Virus record (IMG/VR): IMGVR_UViG_3300048580_000268 | Coordinates: 1-55,359 of that record | Source of the DNA: a virus | Taxonomy: Duplodnaviria > Caudoviricetes | Length of the DNA: 55,359 bases | Strand: one strand, 5' to 3' | Shown: in pieces, positions 45,126-54,355 of the stretch | Layout: every line of letters begins with the position of its first letter | Position numbering within the stretch: position 1 is the stretch's first letter | Notes under the pieces: generated by a model | What the model was told of the DNA's origin: nothing | What the model saw: only the letters and a program-made list of their open reading frames with translations | The model's database searches: none | Program-made: the position numbers and the translations under genes

Positions 45126-45287
45126 TTAAATTGCGTTAAGTTGCGATATGGTAAGTTGAGTATCAATTATTTCCGACTCAATACTAAGTATTGACTCAAT
45201 ATCGCCTACTGATTCTGCAGCAATAAGTTGATTTTGAAGAAATATGAGTCTGGCCGATAGTAAGGTAACCAGTTTTGAAATATTCAT
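45126..45287 (-). CDS. 53-aa helical protein MNISKLVTLLSARL... (possible fibre chaperone)
   Basis: Hand-translated ORF directly after the large fibre gene. Confidence 0.55.
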   Translation of the reverse strand: MNISKLVTLLSARLIFLQNQLIAAESVGDIESILSIESEIIDTQLTISQLNAI

Positions 45288-45299
45288 TTTGTTTTCCAA

Positions 45300-47954
45300 T
45301 CACCAGTAGAGGAGGCAGCGGAAGCACTCGGCGAACGACGCCCTGTTGAGCCACAGGTACTTGAGGCCGTCTTTGGTGGTGACGATCTCCATGCGGTTGC
45401 CGATGATCGCTGTCGGTGCGACGTAGGGGTACATCGACCCGCCGTTGACGTTCGCTGTCACCACGTTGAGCGACATGACTCTCTGTGTGGCGTCCTTGTG
45501 GAAGTAGATCCGGTCCACGCCGTCGTAGGCCGTCATCGTGCCGGTCGTCAGTGTCTCGGTCGTGGGCGAAGTCGCGATCGGTGACATGCGGTCGGTGGTC
45601 AGGTCGAGCCGGTCGAAGCCCGCCAAGCCGCCGCCTCTGGTGGCGAACATGTACCGGCCACGAATGTTGACGTTCGTGGTGCCGAACGCCCAGTTGGCGT
45701 TGCAGCCCACAGCCTTCGCCACGCCCTCAAGGATCTGGAACCCGGTGACGTTGGTGGTCGGATTAGCGATCGTTGCGACAGTGAGCGTGTCGGCAGTGTT
45801 GCTGGAGATGGAGACTTCGATGGGTGTGGTGCCGGTCGTGAAGATACGGACACGTTTACCTGAGTAGATATTGACCGGCCAGTTTGCACCCGTCTGTGCG
45901 AGTGTGGTGGTGCTACCGCCAGAGGTAACACCAGCGTGAAGCACCCCCGGTCCACCAGCGGTGCAGATGCTGTAGCGGCTGACACCGTTGGTGGGGGCCG
46001 TGCCGAGACCAGAACCGACGATGGTTAGGGTGGTGGCGGTGTTAGCGGTAATGCGCCCGATCAGCGTCGTTGCGCCACCCGTCGTTCCGCCCGTCGCAGC
46101 AGTCTGAACGTACAGGAAGCGTCCTGCGTGCTCGTCGGTCTGCCACGCCTTCGTGGCGTCAACCAACGTTGTGACCGACTGGGCGGTACCGATTGCGGGC
46201 GAGCCAGAGCCAGCGAGGGAGTAGGTGAACGTCGTAGCCGAGGGCACCGTCGCGATGTTGAAGGTGCCGTTCAGCGCCGTGGTGGTCGTAATGCCAGCAA
46301 CGGTCACCGAGTTACCGACACGGAACTGGTGCGGATGAGAGGTAGTGACCGTTGCTACGTTTGTCGCCCATGTAGCCGAAGCGATCGACACCGGCTGATG
46401 CCCCGCCACGGTAGCGGAGGAACTGCGGGCGATACCCCAATCGACCTGCCGACCCAACGTGGTGACGGTCGACTCCAGATTCATGATCGGCAGGGCGGCG
46501 TTGCCGCCGTTCCACATGAACATCTTGTCGGGGTCACCCTGAATGACATACACGCTGTCGGTGCTTGGAGTAACATCCCATCTCCCGTAGATGCTCAGTA
46601 CTGTCGCCGTGTTGGAAGCGATCGTGCGAACCTGACCGGCACCCGTTCCGTGGAGGATACGAACGGCGTAGTTCTTCCAGCGGTTCTCCGCCCACGTCTT
46701 AGCCGCGTCGGTGAGCGACCCAAGCGTTAGTGGACCTGTCGACGGCTGAGCAGCGGCGGTTGCCGTCCCGGCGTCGAAACCGAGGATCATGTAACGGCTC
46801 GTAGCGTCCGGGTGGGTGGTCCACACCGGGTCGACCGTCAGGTCGGTGGCGGTGTTGGAGGCGATCTTGCGGATCTGGCCGACACCCGTGCCCGAGAAGA
46901 TGTACACCCAGTAGTTCTGCCACTGGTTGACTTGCCACGCCGGGTTGTCCACGCCGCGTGTGGCGTCGACCAGTGTGTGGTTCGTGCCGCCGGTCGCCCT
47001 GCCCCGCTCCCAGATCGAAGCGTTCTCCGACATGCGCTCAAGGCTCATGTCGGTCGCTGCGGCCAGCAGAACGTTCGTGCTGGCGGGCATGATGTACCAC
47101 GTGTCGGTGAGGATGTCGTACATTTGATGCACGAAGAACGGCGCAGCAGCCGTCGAGGTGACCATCGAGATCATGCCCGACTGGATGCGAAACACCGAAG
47201 CGTCGGTGGGCTGCACTCCCCACGCCGAGTCGACGGTGAGCACCTGTGACTCGATCGTGAACGACGCCTGCAAACCGTTGGTGATGACCGGAACGGGGGC
47301 GAAAATGCCGGGGTTGTTGTAGGGCTTGTTCTGCTGGGTCGTGTCACCGAAGGTCAGCACCGTCGCGGTGTTGGAAAGGATGCGGCGGTACTGGCCGACG
47401 CCGGTGCCCGACACGATGCGGGCGGTGTACCCGGCGTACTGGTTGACGCCCCACGCCCGCGCCGTGTCAGTGAACGACAGCGAACCTTGCGTGTTCGTGA
47501 CGGTCGTGACGACGCCAGTGTCATGCACGGTCGGCTCAGCCACACCCGTGATCGTGCGACGCTGACCGGCACCGGGACCGCTGACGATCACCACGTCGTA
47601 GCCGAGCATCGCTTGAGCGGACACTGCCGGGACCGTGAGCGTGTTCGCTCCTGCGGTAATCACATTGCCTTCCGGCCCCATACCACCCATCAGCTTCATC
47701 GATGAGTAGGTCGTCAAGGCAACCGGAGGCGAGGTCAACTGCTGGTACACGTCGGTGAAGGTGTCATAACGCCAGAAGTTCGTCGAGTTGAGCAGGTAGT
47801 AGATGTACCTGCCGTGCTCGGTGCTGAGGAAGTTGGGGTTGTCTGCCGAACAGGTGGACGAGATCGCCGACGACACTGCGGGGGCGAAGCGGGTCCACTC
47901 CCATGTCGGGAGGTCGACCTGTCGGGTAAGGGTGTTGGAGGTCAGGGTGGGCAT
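45300..47954 (-). CDS. Large Thr/Gly-rich repeat protein, likely receptor-binding/fibre protein (high GC)
   Basis: Repeats of W..N.W....V.I..GTG.GQ.R.I.SNTA..LT; beta-propeller-like termini. Confidence 0.7.
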   Translation of the reverse strand: MPTLTSNTLTRQVDLPTWEWTRFAPAVSSAISSTCSADNPNFLSTEHGRYIYYLLNSTNFWRYDTFTDVYQQLTSPPVALTTYSSMKLMGGMGPEGNVITAGANTLTVPAVSAQAMLGYDVVIVSGPGAGQRRTITGVAEPTVHDTGVVTTVTNTQGSLSFTDTARAWGVNQYAGYTARIVSGTGVGQYRRILSNTATVLTFGDTTQQNKPYNNPGIFAPVPVITNGLQASFTIESQVLTVDSAWGVQPTDASVFRIQSGMISMVTSTAAAPFFVHQMYDILTDTWYIMPASTNVLLAAATDMSLERMSENASIWERGRATGGTNHTLVDATRGVDNPAWQVNQWQNYWVYIFSGTGVGQIRKIASNTATDLTVDPVWTTHPDATSRYMILGFDAGTATAAAQPSTGPLTLGSLTDAAKTWAENRWKNYAVRILHGTGAGQVRTIASNTATVLSIYGRWDVTPSTDSVYVIQGDPDKMFMWNGGNAALPIMNLESTVTTLGRQVDWGIARSSSATVAGHQPVSIASATWATNVATVTTSHPHQFRVGNSVTVAGITTTTALNGTFNIATVPSATTFTYSLAGSGSPAIGTAQSVTTLVDATKAWQTDEHAGRFLYVQTAATGGTTGGATTLIGRITANTATTLTIVGSGLGTAPTNGVSRYSICTAGGPGVLHAGVTSGGSTTTLAQTGANWPVNIYSGKRVRIFTTGTTPIEVSISSNTADTLTVATIANPTTNVTGFQILEGVAKAVGCNANWAFGTTNVNIRGRYMFATRGGGLAGFDRLDLTTDRMSPIATSPTTETLTTGTMTAYDGVDRIYFHKDATQRVMSLNVVTANVNGGSMYPYVAPTAIIGNRMEIVTTKDGLKYLWLNRASFAECFRCLLYW

Positions 47955-47964
47955 GATATGTTCC

Positions 47965-48393
47965 TCAGGTAAATTCTAAACGTGGGCGGATAGACATGGC
48001 GTAGGTCTGCTTGGCGACGTTGATGTACATCTCACGATCCATGCCAGCGAGAGCGGTCTGTGCGGCCACGTTCGTGACGCTGCTGACGGTGCTGACGGTG
48101 CTGACGGTGCTGATGGTGCCGAGCGTCAAGGAGGCGCTGATGGCGTCGAGCGTGACACGCTGGCGCTGCTGCCCGTCGACCACGGCGTTCGACTCCAATA
48201 ATTTTACAACCCTACTTAATAAAACAATAAGATTATCAGTACGATCCGCTTCGACTGGGATCTGACCTGACTCAAAGAAAATATCATTACCTGCCGCATC
48301 CACAAGCATGTGTTTGGGAGTATGCACATTATTACTCAGAACTGTAGCAACAGAAGTGTCTGCTCCAGTTCCGTCTTTGATTGATAAGGGCAT
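47965..48393 (-). CDS. Hypothetical structural protein with STV repeats
   Basis: 142 aa; 9-nt tandem repeat GTGCTGACG. Confidence 0.7.
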   Translation of the reverse strand: MPLSIKDGTGADTSVATVLSNNVHTPKHMLVDAAGNDIFFESGQIPVEADRTDNLIVLLSRVVKLLESNAVVDGQQRQRVTLDAISASLTLGTISTVSTVSTVSSVTNVAAQTALAGMDREMYINVAKQTYAMSIRPRLEFT

Positions 48394-48405
48394 GTTTTCA
48401 TCTCC

Positions 48406-50364
48406 TTAGAAAACGATAGGAATATACTGTGAATTGCGAGAATCACTGAAGTCAAGTGTTGGAATATAAACTGGTGGTGGAGGCTCTTCATCTCCAGTTA
48501 GACTAATATATAGTGTTACTATACTGTCTGTATTCAAAGATTTGAACCAGGGATTCGCCTCCTGCGCTGAGCTTCCATCACTATAATTTAGGTTTAGTAA
48601 TGTTTCTGATTTTTTTGGGTAAGCTAGAGCATTAAACCAGGATAATTGTTGTTGAATGTCATAAACACTATTTGCCAAATCGTGCGTGTTTGGCGTGACG
48701 AACTCAGAGTAGTTAACGCCTTTTGCAGTTAAAGCTGTTTTAAGCGCTGCTTCATGTTCCCAGTGAACTAAGTAATCTGCTGTTCCACGTTCATAAGCAA
48801 CTGGACACAGATTTGATAAAGAATTAAGATTTATATGATCGGCAATACTTTGTGTAGGGAACGTTGGTGAAGTTAAAGTACCGTTGGCATGTAGACCTTG
48901 AAACCAGCGATAAGCAAGACGGTTTATAACTGAACCAGCATCTGGGTGTGACGGGTCCCAAGACCTAGCTAAATCAAGATCAACTGGAGCGCAAAACACA
49001 TAAGCTCCAATAAAGTCTGGATCTTCTCCATTATAGCCGCTTCCCCAAGGTAGCTCGGCTAGAGTAGCCCCAAGTATTGTCATCTTGTTTCCAGCAGAGT
49101 CTGTCTCTAGGTTTTTTGTCATTGCCGCGGCTAAAGCTATATACCCGCCAGCAGAATAACCAGTGGCAAACATTTTATCTGGGTTAATTTTTAGACTCTC
49201 CGCGTTATCTCTCATATATGCTGCGGCTAATTTATAGTCTATAATAAAACTTGGGTATCTACCCCCGACATTGCCTGTTCCATAAGCTGTGTAAGGAGCA
49301 ACCACGCTATTTGAGTCTGTTTTCACATATTGAATAGATGCAATAGCATACCCAGCGTTAAGCATGTCTGTTTTCCAATTTTCTGGAAGAACACTTTTAT
49401 CTTTTTCAGAGAAGAATCCTGGGTGAGCCCAACAGACAACCGGCCATCCTCCAACCGGAGGGGTTGGCCCAGGTAGGTAAAGATCAAATTTTCTATTGTA
49501 GTTTAATGGACTAGACGCGTAAGATATGTTGAGAGTTTCTTGTGGGGTTCCAAATGGACTAGAGACGGTAGAACTAGTAGAAAAAGTTGCAGGATTTACG
49601 TTATAAGAACCTTTTGGTGATTCATCCCATGACGGCGCCCCAACAGCGGTTGTCGATGCTGGTGTTACCCCGTTTTGTGGATTAGAACGGAACTTACCGC
49701 CTAAATTATAGTCATTATGAATTTCCATTTGGGCAAAGTGAAATTGAACAGGCCAATAGCCAGCATTGAGATAACCAAACAGCATGTTATCCCAAGAAAC
49801 AGAAGAAACCGTTTCAGATACCCCGTTAATCGGAGTAAGATTGTCTTCTAAATATACTCTCCAAACAAGGTTATTTGTTCTGTTTGGGTCAGCTTGAATT
49901 TCAATTCTATAAGCCGATGTTGCATTTGGTAAAGAGACGCTACTTCCCGAAGCCGTTCTAATTATTCTATCCGGGCTGGCCGCTCTGGCATAACCTATGT
50001 TTGTTGTAGAGCCAGTTCTAAATGCCAAAAATGTAACCGCTGACGCTGGTGTTTGTGTCTTTATGTAGAATCGAGCAGACCATGGTCCGGTTACTGCGCT
50101 TGGAGTCGGAATGGGTTTGTCGCTTGGAAAGACTCTCCAGTAAAAGAGATCGCCACCGACGGCAGAGTCTAGCGCGTGAAGCGATTTTAAAACTCGACCA
50201 TTTGACATTGTAAAGGACGATGTTTCCAACCGAGGAACTGACGCTAAAGTACCTAAAGTAGAACCAGTAACTCCGGTACCAACATCATCAAACCCATTTG
50301 CCGTTGGGCCTGCGATTTGATTGTTGACTAATCCGTTTCCTTGCCACCTAAATATGCAAGCCAT
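48406..50364 (-). CDS. Lectin-like domain plus alpha/beta-hydrolase (esterase) protein
   Basis: DLYLP, P...W.HPG, GYSAGG nucleophile elbow, GTAD.LV, H. Confidence 0.75.
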   Translation of the reverse strand: MACIFRWQGNGLVNNQIAGPTANGFDDVGTGVTGSTLGTLASVPRLETSSFTMSNGRVLKSLHALDSAVGGDLFYWRVFPSDKPIPTPSAVTGPWSARFYIKTQTPASAVTFLAFRTGSTTNIGYARAASPDRIIRTASGSSVSLPNATSAYRIEIQADPNRTNNLVWRVYLEDNLTPINGVSETVSSVSWDNMLFGYLNAGYWPVQFHFAQMEIHNDYNLGGKFRSNPQNGVTPASTTAVGAPSWDESPKGSYNVNPATFSTSSTVSSPFGTPQETLNISYASSPLNYNRKFDLYLPGPTPPVGGWPVVCWAHPGFFSEKDKSVLPENWKTDMLNAGYAIASIQYVKTDSNSVVAPYTAYGTGNVGGRYPSFIIDYKLAAAYMRDNAESLKINPDKMFATGYSAGGYIALAAAMTKNLETDSAGNKMTILGATLAELPWGSGYNGEDPDFIGAYVFCAPVDLDLARSWDPSHPDAGSVINRLAYRWFQGLHANGTLTSPTFPTQSIADHINLNSLSNLCPVAYERGTADYLVHWEHEAALKTALTAKGVNYSEFVTPNTHDLANSVYDIQQQLSWFNALAYPKKSETLLNLNYSDGSSAQEANPWFKSLNTDSIVTLYISLTGDEEPPPPVYIPTLDFSDSRNSQYIPIVF

Positions 50365-51215
50365 TACGTCACCGCAATGTATCGAACCATAGACCCAGCT
50401 TTTGATGTGATAGCTGAGTTGGCAACCTCAGAAGCAAACTGTGCGGTTAACGTTCCATCTGCAGTTGGACGGACAAACCCCTCAATTGTCGCAATGTTGC
50501 CAGCGACGTTGGCTGGAGTGGCGTTGGCTGATCCCGGTCCTTGATACGTACTAGCGAGTTCGTTAACGGTTCTCGTCGATCCTGTAAGTGAATAATCAGA
50601 GCGGTACGCCAACTCATCCTGAGTAGGACCGTTAATGGTAAAACGAGCGCCAGTGGTGGAAGCAGCGGATGTCCAGAAGATAAAGAACTCAAACCAATAA
50701 CGAGTTCCACTGACGACGGGAAAACTAAGACCAGTAATATCAGCAAGTGTGTTGAGTGTTGGGTTACTATTTACTACGTCGGAGCCAAGAACAACTGTCG
50801 ACCATCCTACAGCTTTTACATTTTGAGTCGCTGTAACTAGGGTTTTTAGAGATCCAGCAGCGTTATACGTTTGAAAACCATACCCCTCGCCGTACTCAAT
50901 GCGCTCTGCCGGGCCAAGGACAACCGAAATAATGTCAAAGTTTGTCGTCCCATCAAAAATATAAACTGTAACTGTATGAGTTATAGTATCAGTATTTAAG
51001 ATAGACGCAAAATCAATCACTCTTTGGCTGCTTGCTGCTGGGGCTGAGGCAATTTCAACACCAGTTGTACCGTTAGTGCTCGCGAGCGTAGTCCCAGGAG
51101 TAAACTCGGTAGTAGTTGTAGTTCTCCAACTAGTAACGCACCGCAAAGCAGTTGTTGTGTGCGCGGAAGATAACCGGACCCTTAAAGACTCATTGGTTGA
51201 ATCTAAAATTAACAT
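50364..51215 (-). CDS. Minor tail/fibre protein
   Basis: LADITGLSFPV.SG..Y.F, GTL..QFA beta-sandwich motifs. Confidence 0.65.
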   Translation of the reverse strand: MLILDSTNESLRVRLSSAHTTTALRCVTSWRTTTTTEFTPGTTLASTNGTTGVEIASAPAASSQRVIDFASILNTDTITHTVTVYIFDGTTNFDIISVVLGPAERIEYGEGYGFQTYNAAGSLKTLVTATQNVKAVGWSTVVLGSDVVNSNPTLNTLADITGLSFPVVSGTRYWFEFFIFWTSAASTTGARFTINGPTQDELAYRSDYSLTGSTRTVNELASTYQGPGSANATPANVAGNIATIEGFVRPTADGTLTAQFASEVANSAITSKAGSMVRYIAVT

Positions 51216-51652
51216 CTTAAAAAGCTCCTTGTTCTTGCTTGAGCATCTGAAATACGAATACCATCTCCAACTCGGGTATAGTGCCCAATATAACCAGTTG
51301 GGACTGGCGCAACTGCGCTCAAGTTTAAAACACCATCAAAGAAATATGTAGATGATGTTACCGCGGTTGCAACTAAGTTAAGATCGGTGATTCTATAGCT
51401 TTGATTCGCTACTAATCCACTAGAAGTCGCCGAAGATATAATCGATGCCAGTGTGTGAGTTGGTAATAAAGAACTACCCCCTCCGCCGCCTGTGGCTTTT
51501 ACTTCATTAATTGCCGCGACGACAGAAGTTTTATCAGTCGTAGTTAAACCAGAAAGTGTTCCAGTGCCAGAGCCCGTTATCAATGTGCGAATAGTTTTAA
51601 ATTCTGTAGCAACGCGAGTGGCTAAACTTGAGACCCCTGTTGCCAAACTCAT
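51209..51652 (-). CDS. Fibre-like protein, N-terminus duplicated from the neighbouring gene
   Basis: LATRVATEFKTIRT...LTTTDKTSVVAAINEVK. Confidence 0.7.
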   Translation of the reverse strand: MSLATGVSSLATRVATEFKTIRTLITGSGTGTLSGLTTTDKTSVVAAINEVKATGGGGGSSLLPTHTLASIISSATSSGLVANQSYRITDLNLVATAVTSSTYFFDGVLNLSAVAPVPTGYIGHYTRVGDGIRISDAQARTRSFLRC

Positions 51653-52479
51653 TACGCAAGACCTGTTTCAAAGACTGTAACAAAGTTTGTGGTGTGATCG
51701 CCTAAAGCTGTCGTGGTTGCCGTAGAGAGAGGTTTGTTAGCATCAGAAGTATTGTCAACGTTACCAAGCCCGACATCAGACTTGGTCAAAGTGACGGCGC
51801 CTGTCCTGCCCGCGACTGAAGTAACGTCTCCACCAGAACTCAACTGAACCCAGTTTGCTAATATAGTCGGATCGTCCACCGAAAGAACAAAGGTACGGTT
51901 GATGTCTGAGCGAACCGCAATATCACCTCGCTGAGCAGTCAAGGCCAACATAGCAGACTGACTGGCAACCACAAAAGTGTCGTTTATAGCTAGTGGAGGA
52001 AAGACCGAAGTAGGAAGAGTCCCTGTCGTTATGTCAGAAGCTGACCCACTTGTGGCGACAGCAGCGAGACCCAAAGAAGTTCTAGCCGCAGTAGCATCCG
52101 CAGAACCAAGAAGGGTTCGACCAAACACCCCCGAGGTGACGCCAGCTAATGTAGTTAAGTTTGCACTTAAAGGCTGCGCCCAAGCGGTAAGCCTCTGTGT
52201 TAACTTAAGAGGAGTAATTATTCGAGCGTCGTCCGTGCCTGTGGTTGTTTCGGCTTGCGTCGCAATCTCCGCAATACCTTTAACAGATTCTGACGCGTCT
52301 GCTGGAGAGCCCGAGTTGCCCGCTTTAACTTCATTGATCGCAGCTACAACTGAAGTTTTGTCAGTCGTAGTCAGACCGGATAGAGTCCCAGTTCCAGAAC
52401 CTGTAATTATGGTTCTGATGGTTTTGAATTCGGTAGCGACCCTAGTCGCTAAGTTACTAACGTTTGTTGCTAAAGACAT
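51652..52479 (-). CDS. Tail fibre-like protein
   Basis: ASE..KGIAEIATQAE, VTSVAGRTGAVTL, DVGLGNVDNTSD fibre motifs. Confidence 0.8.
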   Translation of the reverse strand: MSLATNVSNLATRVATEFKTIRTIITGSGTGTLSGLTTTDKTSVVAAINEVKAGNSGSPADASESVKGIAEIATQAETTTGTDDARIITPLKLTQRLTAWAQPLSANLTTLAGVTSGVFGRTLLGSADATAARTSLGLAAVATSGSASDITTGTLPTSVFPPLAINDTFVVASQSAMLALTAQRGDIAVRSDINRTFVLSVDDPTILANWVQLSSGGDVTSVAGRTGAVTLTKSDVGLGNVDNTSDANKPLSTATTTALGDHTTNFVTVFETGLA

Positions 52480-52712
52480 CAGATCAATCCATTCTCAAAC
52501 AGTAAAGACAAACTGGCTATATCATCATAGGCTGGGTGTGGAGTTGCCGAAGACAAATGATTTTGAAAGTCAGTTGCTAAAGAATAATCACCAGGTAATC
52601 CTACTGGCCCAACTGGACCCGCGTTTACAAGACTGACTACACCAGCTTTACTAACGAAAATCTTTTGCGTCGCGACTACGACTTGGATTTCGTTTTGAAA
52701 TGGATTGCTCAT
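52479..52712 (-). CDS. Small collagen-like structural protein
   Basis: GPVGPVGLPG; PHPAYDD. Confidence 0.65.
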   Translation of the reverse strand: MSNPFQNEIQVVVATQKIFVSKAGVVSLVNAGPVGPVGLPGDYSLATDFQNHLSSATPHPAYDDIASLSLLFENGLI

Positions 52713-53029
52713 GAAGTAACCACCTTCTTAAACGCCACCTTGAGTGGCTCTTTAAAGACAGGTAGAAAAGCTCCAGAGCTTTCTCGCTTGAGATCCATAT
52801 AGCCGTACTTTTTTTGTACGTCTTCGATTTCAGACTCCGGTAAAATCAAAGTGAGCTCACCATCAACACCGTTTGTTGTAAAATTTACTGTCCAAGTAGA
52901 AAGTAAAGGTGAGGTGTGATCAATTTCTTCTCGTATCTCACTGGTTATTGTATCTTGAGAAACATCGAACCCAAGTCCAATAGAGACAATGTTTGTTCTA
53001 TTCTTGTAGATTATAAGTTCATTCTCCAT
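52709..53029 (-). CDS. Hypothetical (adaptor-like) protein (start revised to MENELI)
   Basis: GGAGGAG RBS; SEIR, G.LTL.L, GYMDL. Confidence 0.65.
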   Translation of the reverse strand: MENELIIYKNRTNIVSIGLGFDVSQDTITSEIREEIDHTSPLLSTWTVNFTTNGVDGELTLILPESEIEDVQKKYGYMDLKRESSGAFLPVFKEPLKVAFKKVVTS

Positions 53030-53354
53030 AGGACTCCTCCTCAAACATCTCTTGCCCAGCATAAGATTTCATAGCCATAAGCGCCTGAGAATATAGCTCT
53101 TCAATCCGTTTAGCCGATGCCATCTGTTCCATCTTAGCCTCAAGAAGTCTGTTTTCTCCAGACAAACGCTCTTGTTCAAGTTTTTCTCTAGAAGATCCAA
53201 GCTTTAAGTAGTGCGTTATTACCTGAGAAGAAGCTGTTCCGTCAACTAATTGCTTTTCTGCCAAGTCCACAGCCAGAGAGATAAGCTGATTCTCTCGCCC
53301 TTTTTCTGTGTCTGCTGGGCGTTTTTTACGTCGTTCTTGTTTTTTTAACGCCAT
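53019..53354 (-). CDS. Putative terminase small subunit
   Basis: Helical; ENQLISLA..LAEKQL..GTASSQVI.HYLKLGS; near the genome end. Confidence 0.5.
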   Translation of the reverse strand: MALKKQERRKKRPADTEKGRENQLISLAVDLAEKQLVDGTASSQVITHYLKLGSSREKLEQERLSGENRLLEAKMEQMASAKRIEELYSQALMAMKSYAGQEMFEEESYGE

Positions 53355-53377
53355 ATATCTCTCCTCTCTGTAAACAT

Positions 53378-53436
53378 GTGACCCCGACTGAGGTTCAAGC
53401 GCCGGAGGACACGCGATCCAAATCAGTCGGGGTCAC
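53378..53436. promoter_or_regulatory. 14-bp perfect inverted repeat / RNA hairpin
   Basis: GTGACCCCGACTGA...TCAGTCGGGGTCAC. Confidence 0.7.
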
Positions 53437-53441
53437 GAATT

Positions 53442-54341
53442 TTAATAAACTAATCGTAAGTCGTTTAGGTTTATGGTGAATTCTTTAATGTTAGTGTTCT
53501 TTGCCCAGGTTCCTGCTTGCGTTAGTATAGCAGTACTATTACCGCGGTCAATGTGACGAACACCGTAAGTAACAAGAGCTTTTGCCCTAGCTTCACACTC
53601 TCCTCCTTTAGAAACCATAGACAAATAAGATTTAGAGTTCGGGTCTAATGAGTACCAGGCTCCACAATATGGAAGATTTAAAACGTCTTTAAAGTTTTGA
53701 GCAAATTCTTTTGACCCGTCTCCACCAATATAGTCTTTAGTTGTCAGTGCTTGAACATGTGGATTCTTATCTGAGTTTACTCCCCAAATATAGGCTGAGC
53801 CAGGAAGACCAGCAGCAGTAACTGCGACGCCATCTATAAGTCTTCCATTAAACCAGGCTCCGCGATTAAGTGCTTGTTGTGGAAATCCTGCTGGTAAGAT
53901 GCCCAGGTCTTGATCAAACTGTATCAACTCGTGTACGACTTTGTCCGGACTCATGATAATGCACCGTTTGTCGTATTGCGGCGTTGGATACGCAGTGATC
54001 CAATAGCGAGAACCAGCCAGAGGTAGCGGCAAATTTGATTTCCATTGATTATGCCGCCCATAACCACTACCCCAAGTGACTAACCGTGTCTGTTCTTTAC
54101 CTAGTTGCATGGGGGTTCCTGATCCAACCCCTTCGTGATTGACTCGCCCCGGGTCGGACTTAATAGTTTCTACCGAGTTTGTTCCCCAATTTATTGAAGT
54201 TCCTTGATTTAAAAGAACCTCTTCAACTTTTGATCGGTCTTTGTAACAATCTACAAACTCGCCAATTGGTTGTGAAAAGTTTTTCCACGCAGTGATGTTG
54301 TTAAAGAGTCTTTCTACCGAACTGATTCTTTTAACTGACAC
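53442..54341 (-). CDS. Hypothetical protein
   Basis: 299-aa ORF. Confidence 0.7.
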   Translation of the reverse strand: MSVKRISSVERLFNNITAWKNFSQPIGEFVDCYKDRSKVEEVLLNQGTSINWGTNSVETIKSDPGRVNHEGVGSGTPMQLGKEQTRLVTWGSGYGRHNQWKSNLPLPLAGSRYWITAYPTPQYDKRCIIMSPDKVVHELIQFDQDLGILPAGFPQQALNRGAWFNGRLIDGVAVTAAGLPGSAYIWGVNSDKNPHVQALTTKDYIGGDGSKEFAQNFKDVLNLPYCGAWYSLDPNSKSYLSMVSKGGECEARAKALVTYGVRHIDRGNSTAILTQAGTWAKNTNIKEFTINLNDLRLVY

Positions 54342-54355
54342 GACGTATCTTCTTT

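Noticed and set aside
45485-47705. Many overlapping short ORFs in the high-GC gene
   Set aside because: Expected from scarce stop codons in GC-rich DNA.
45300-52479. Diversity-generating retroelement or invertible fibre system
   Set aside because: No reverse transcriptase or invertase, and the duplicated segment does not differ specifically at adenines.
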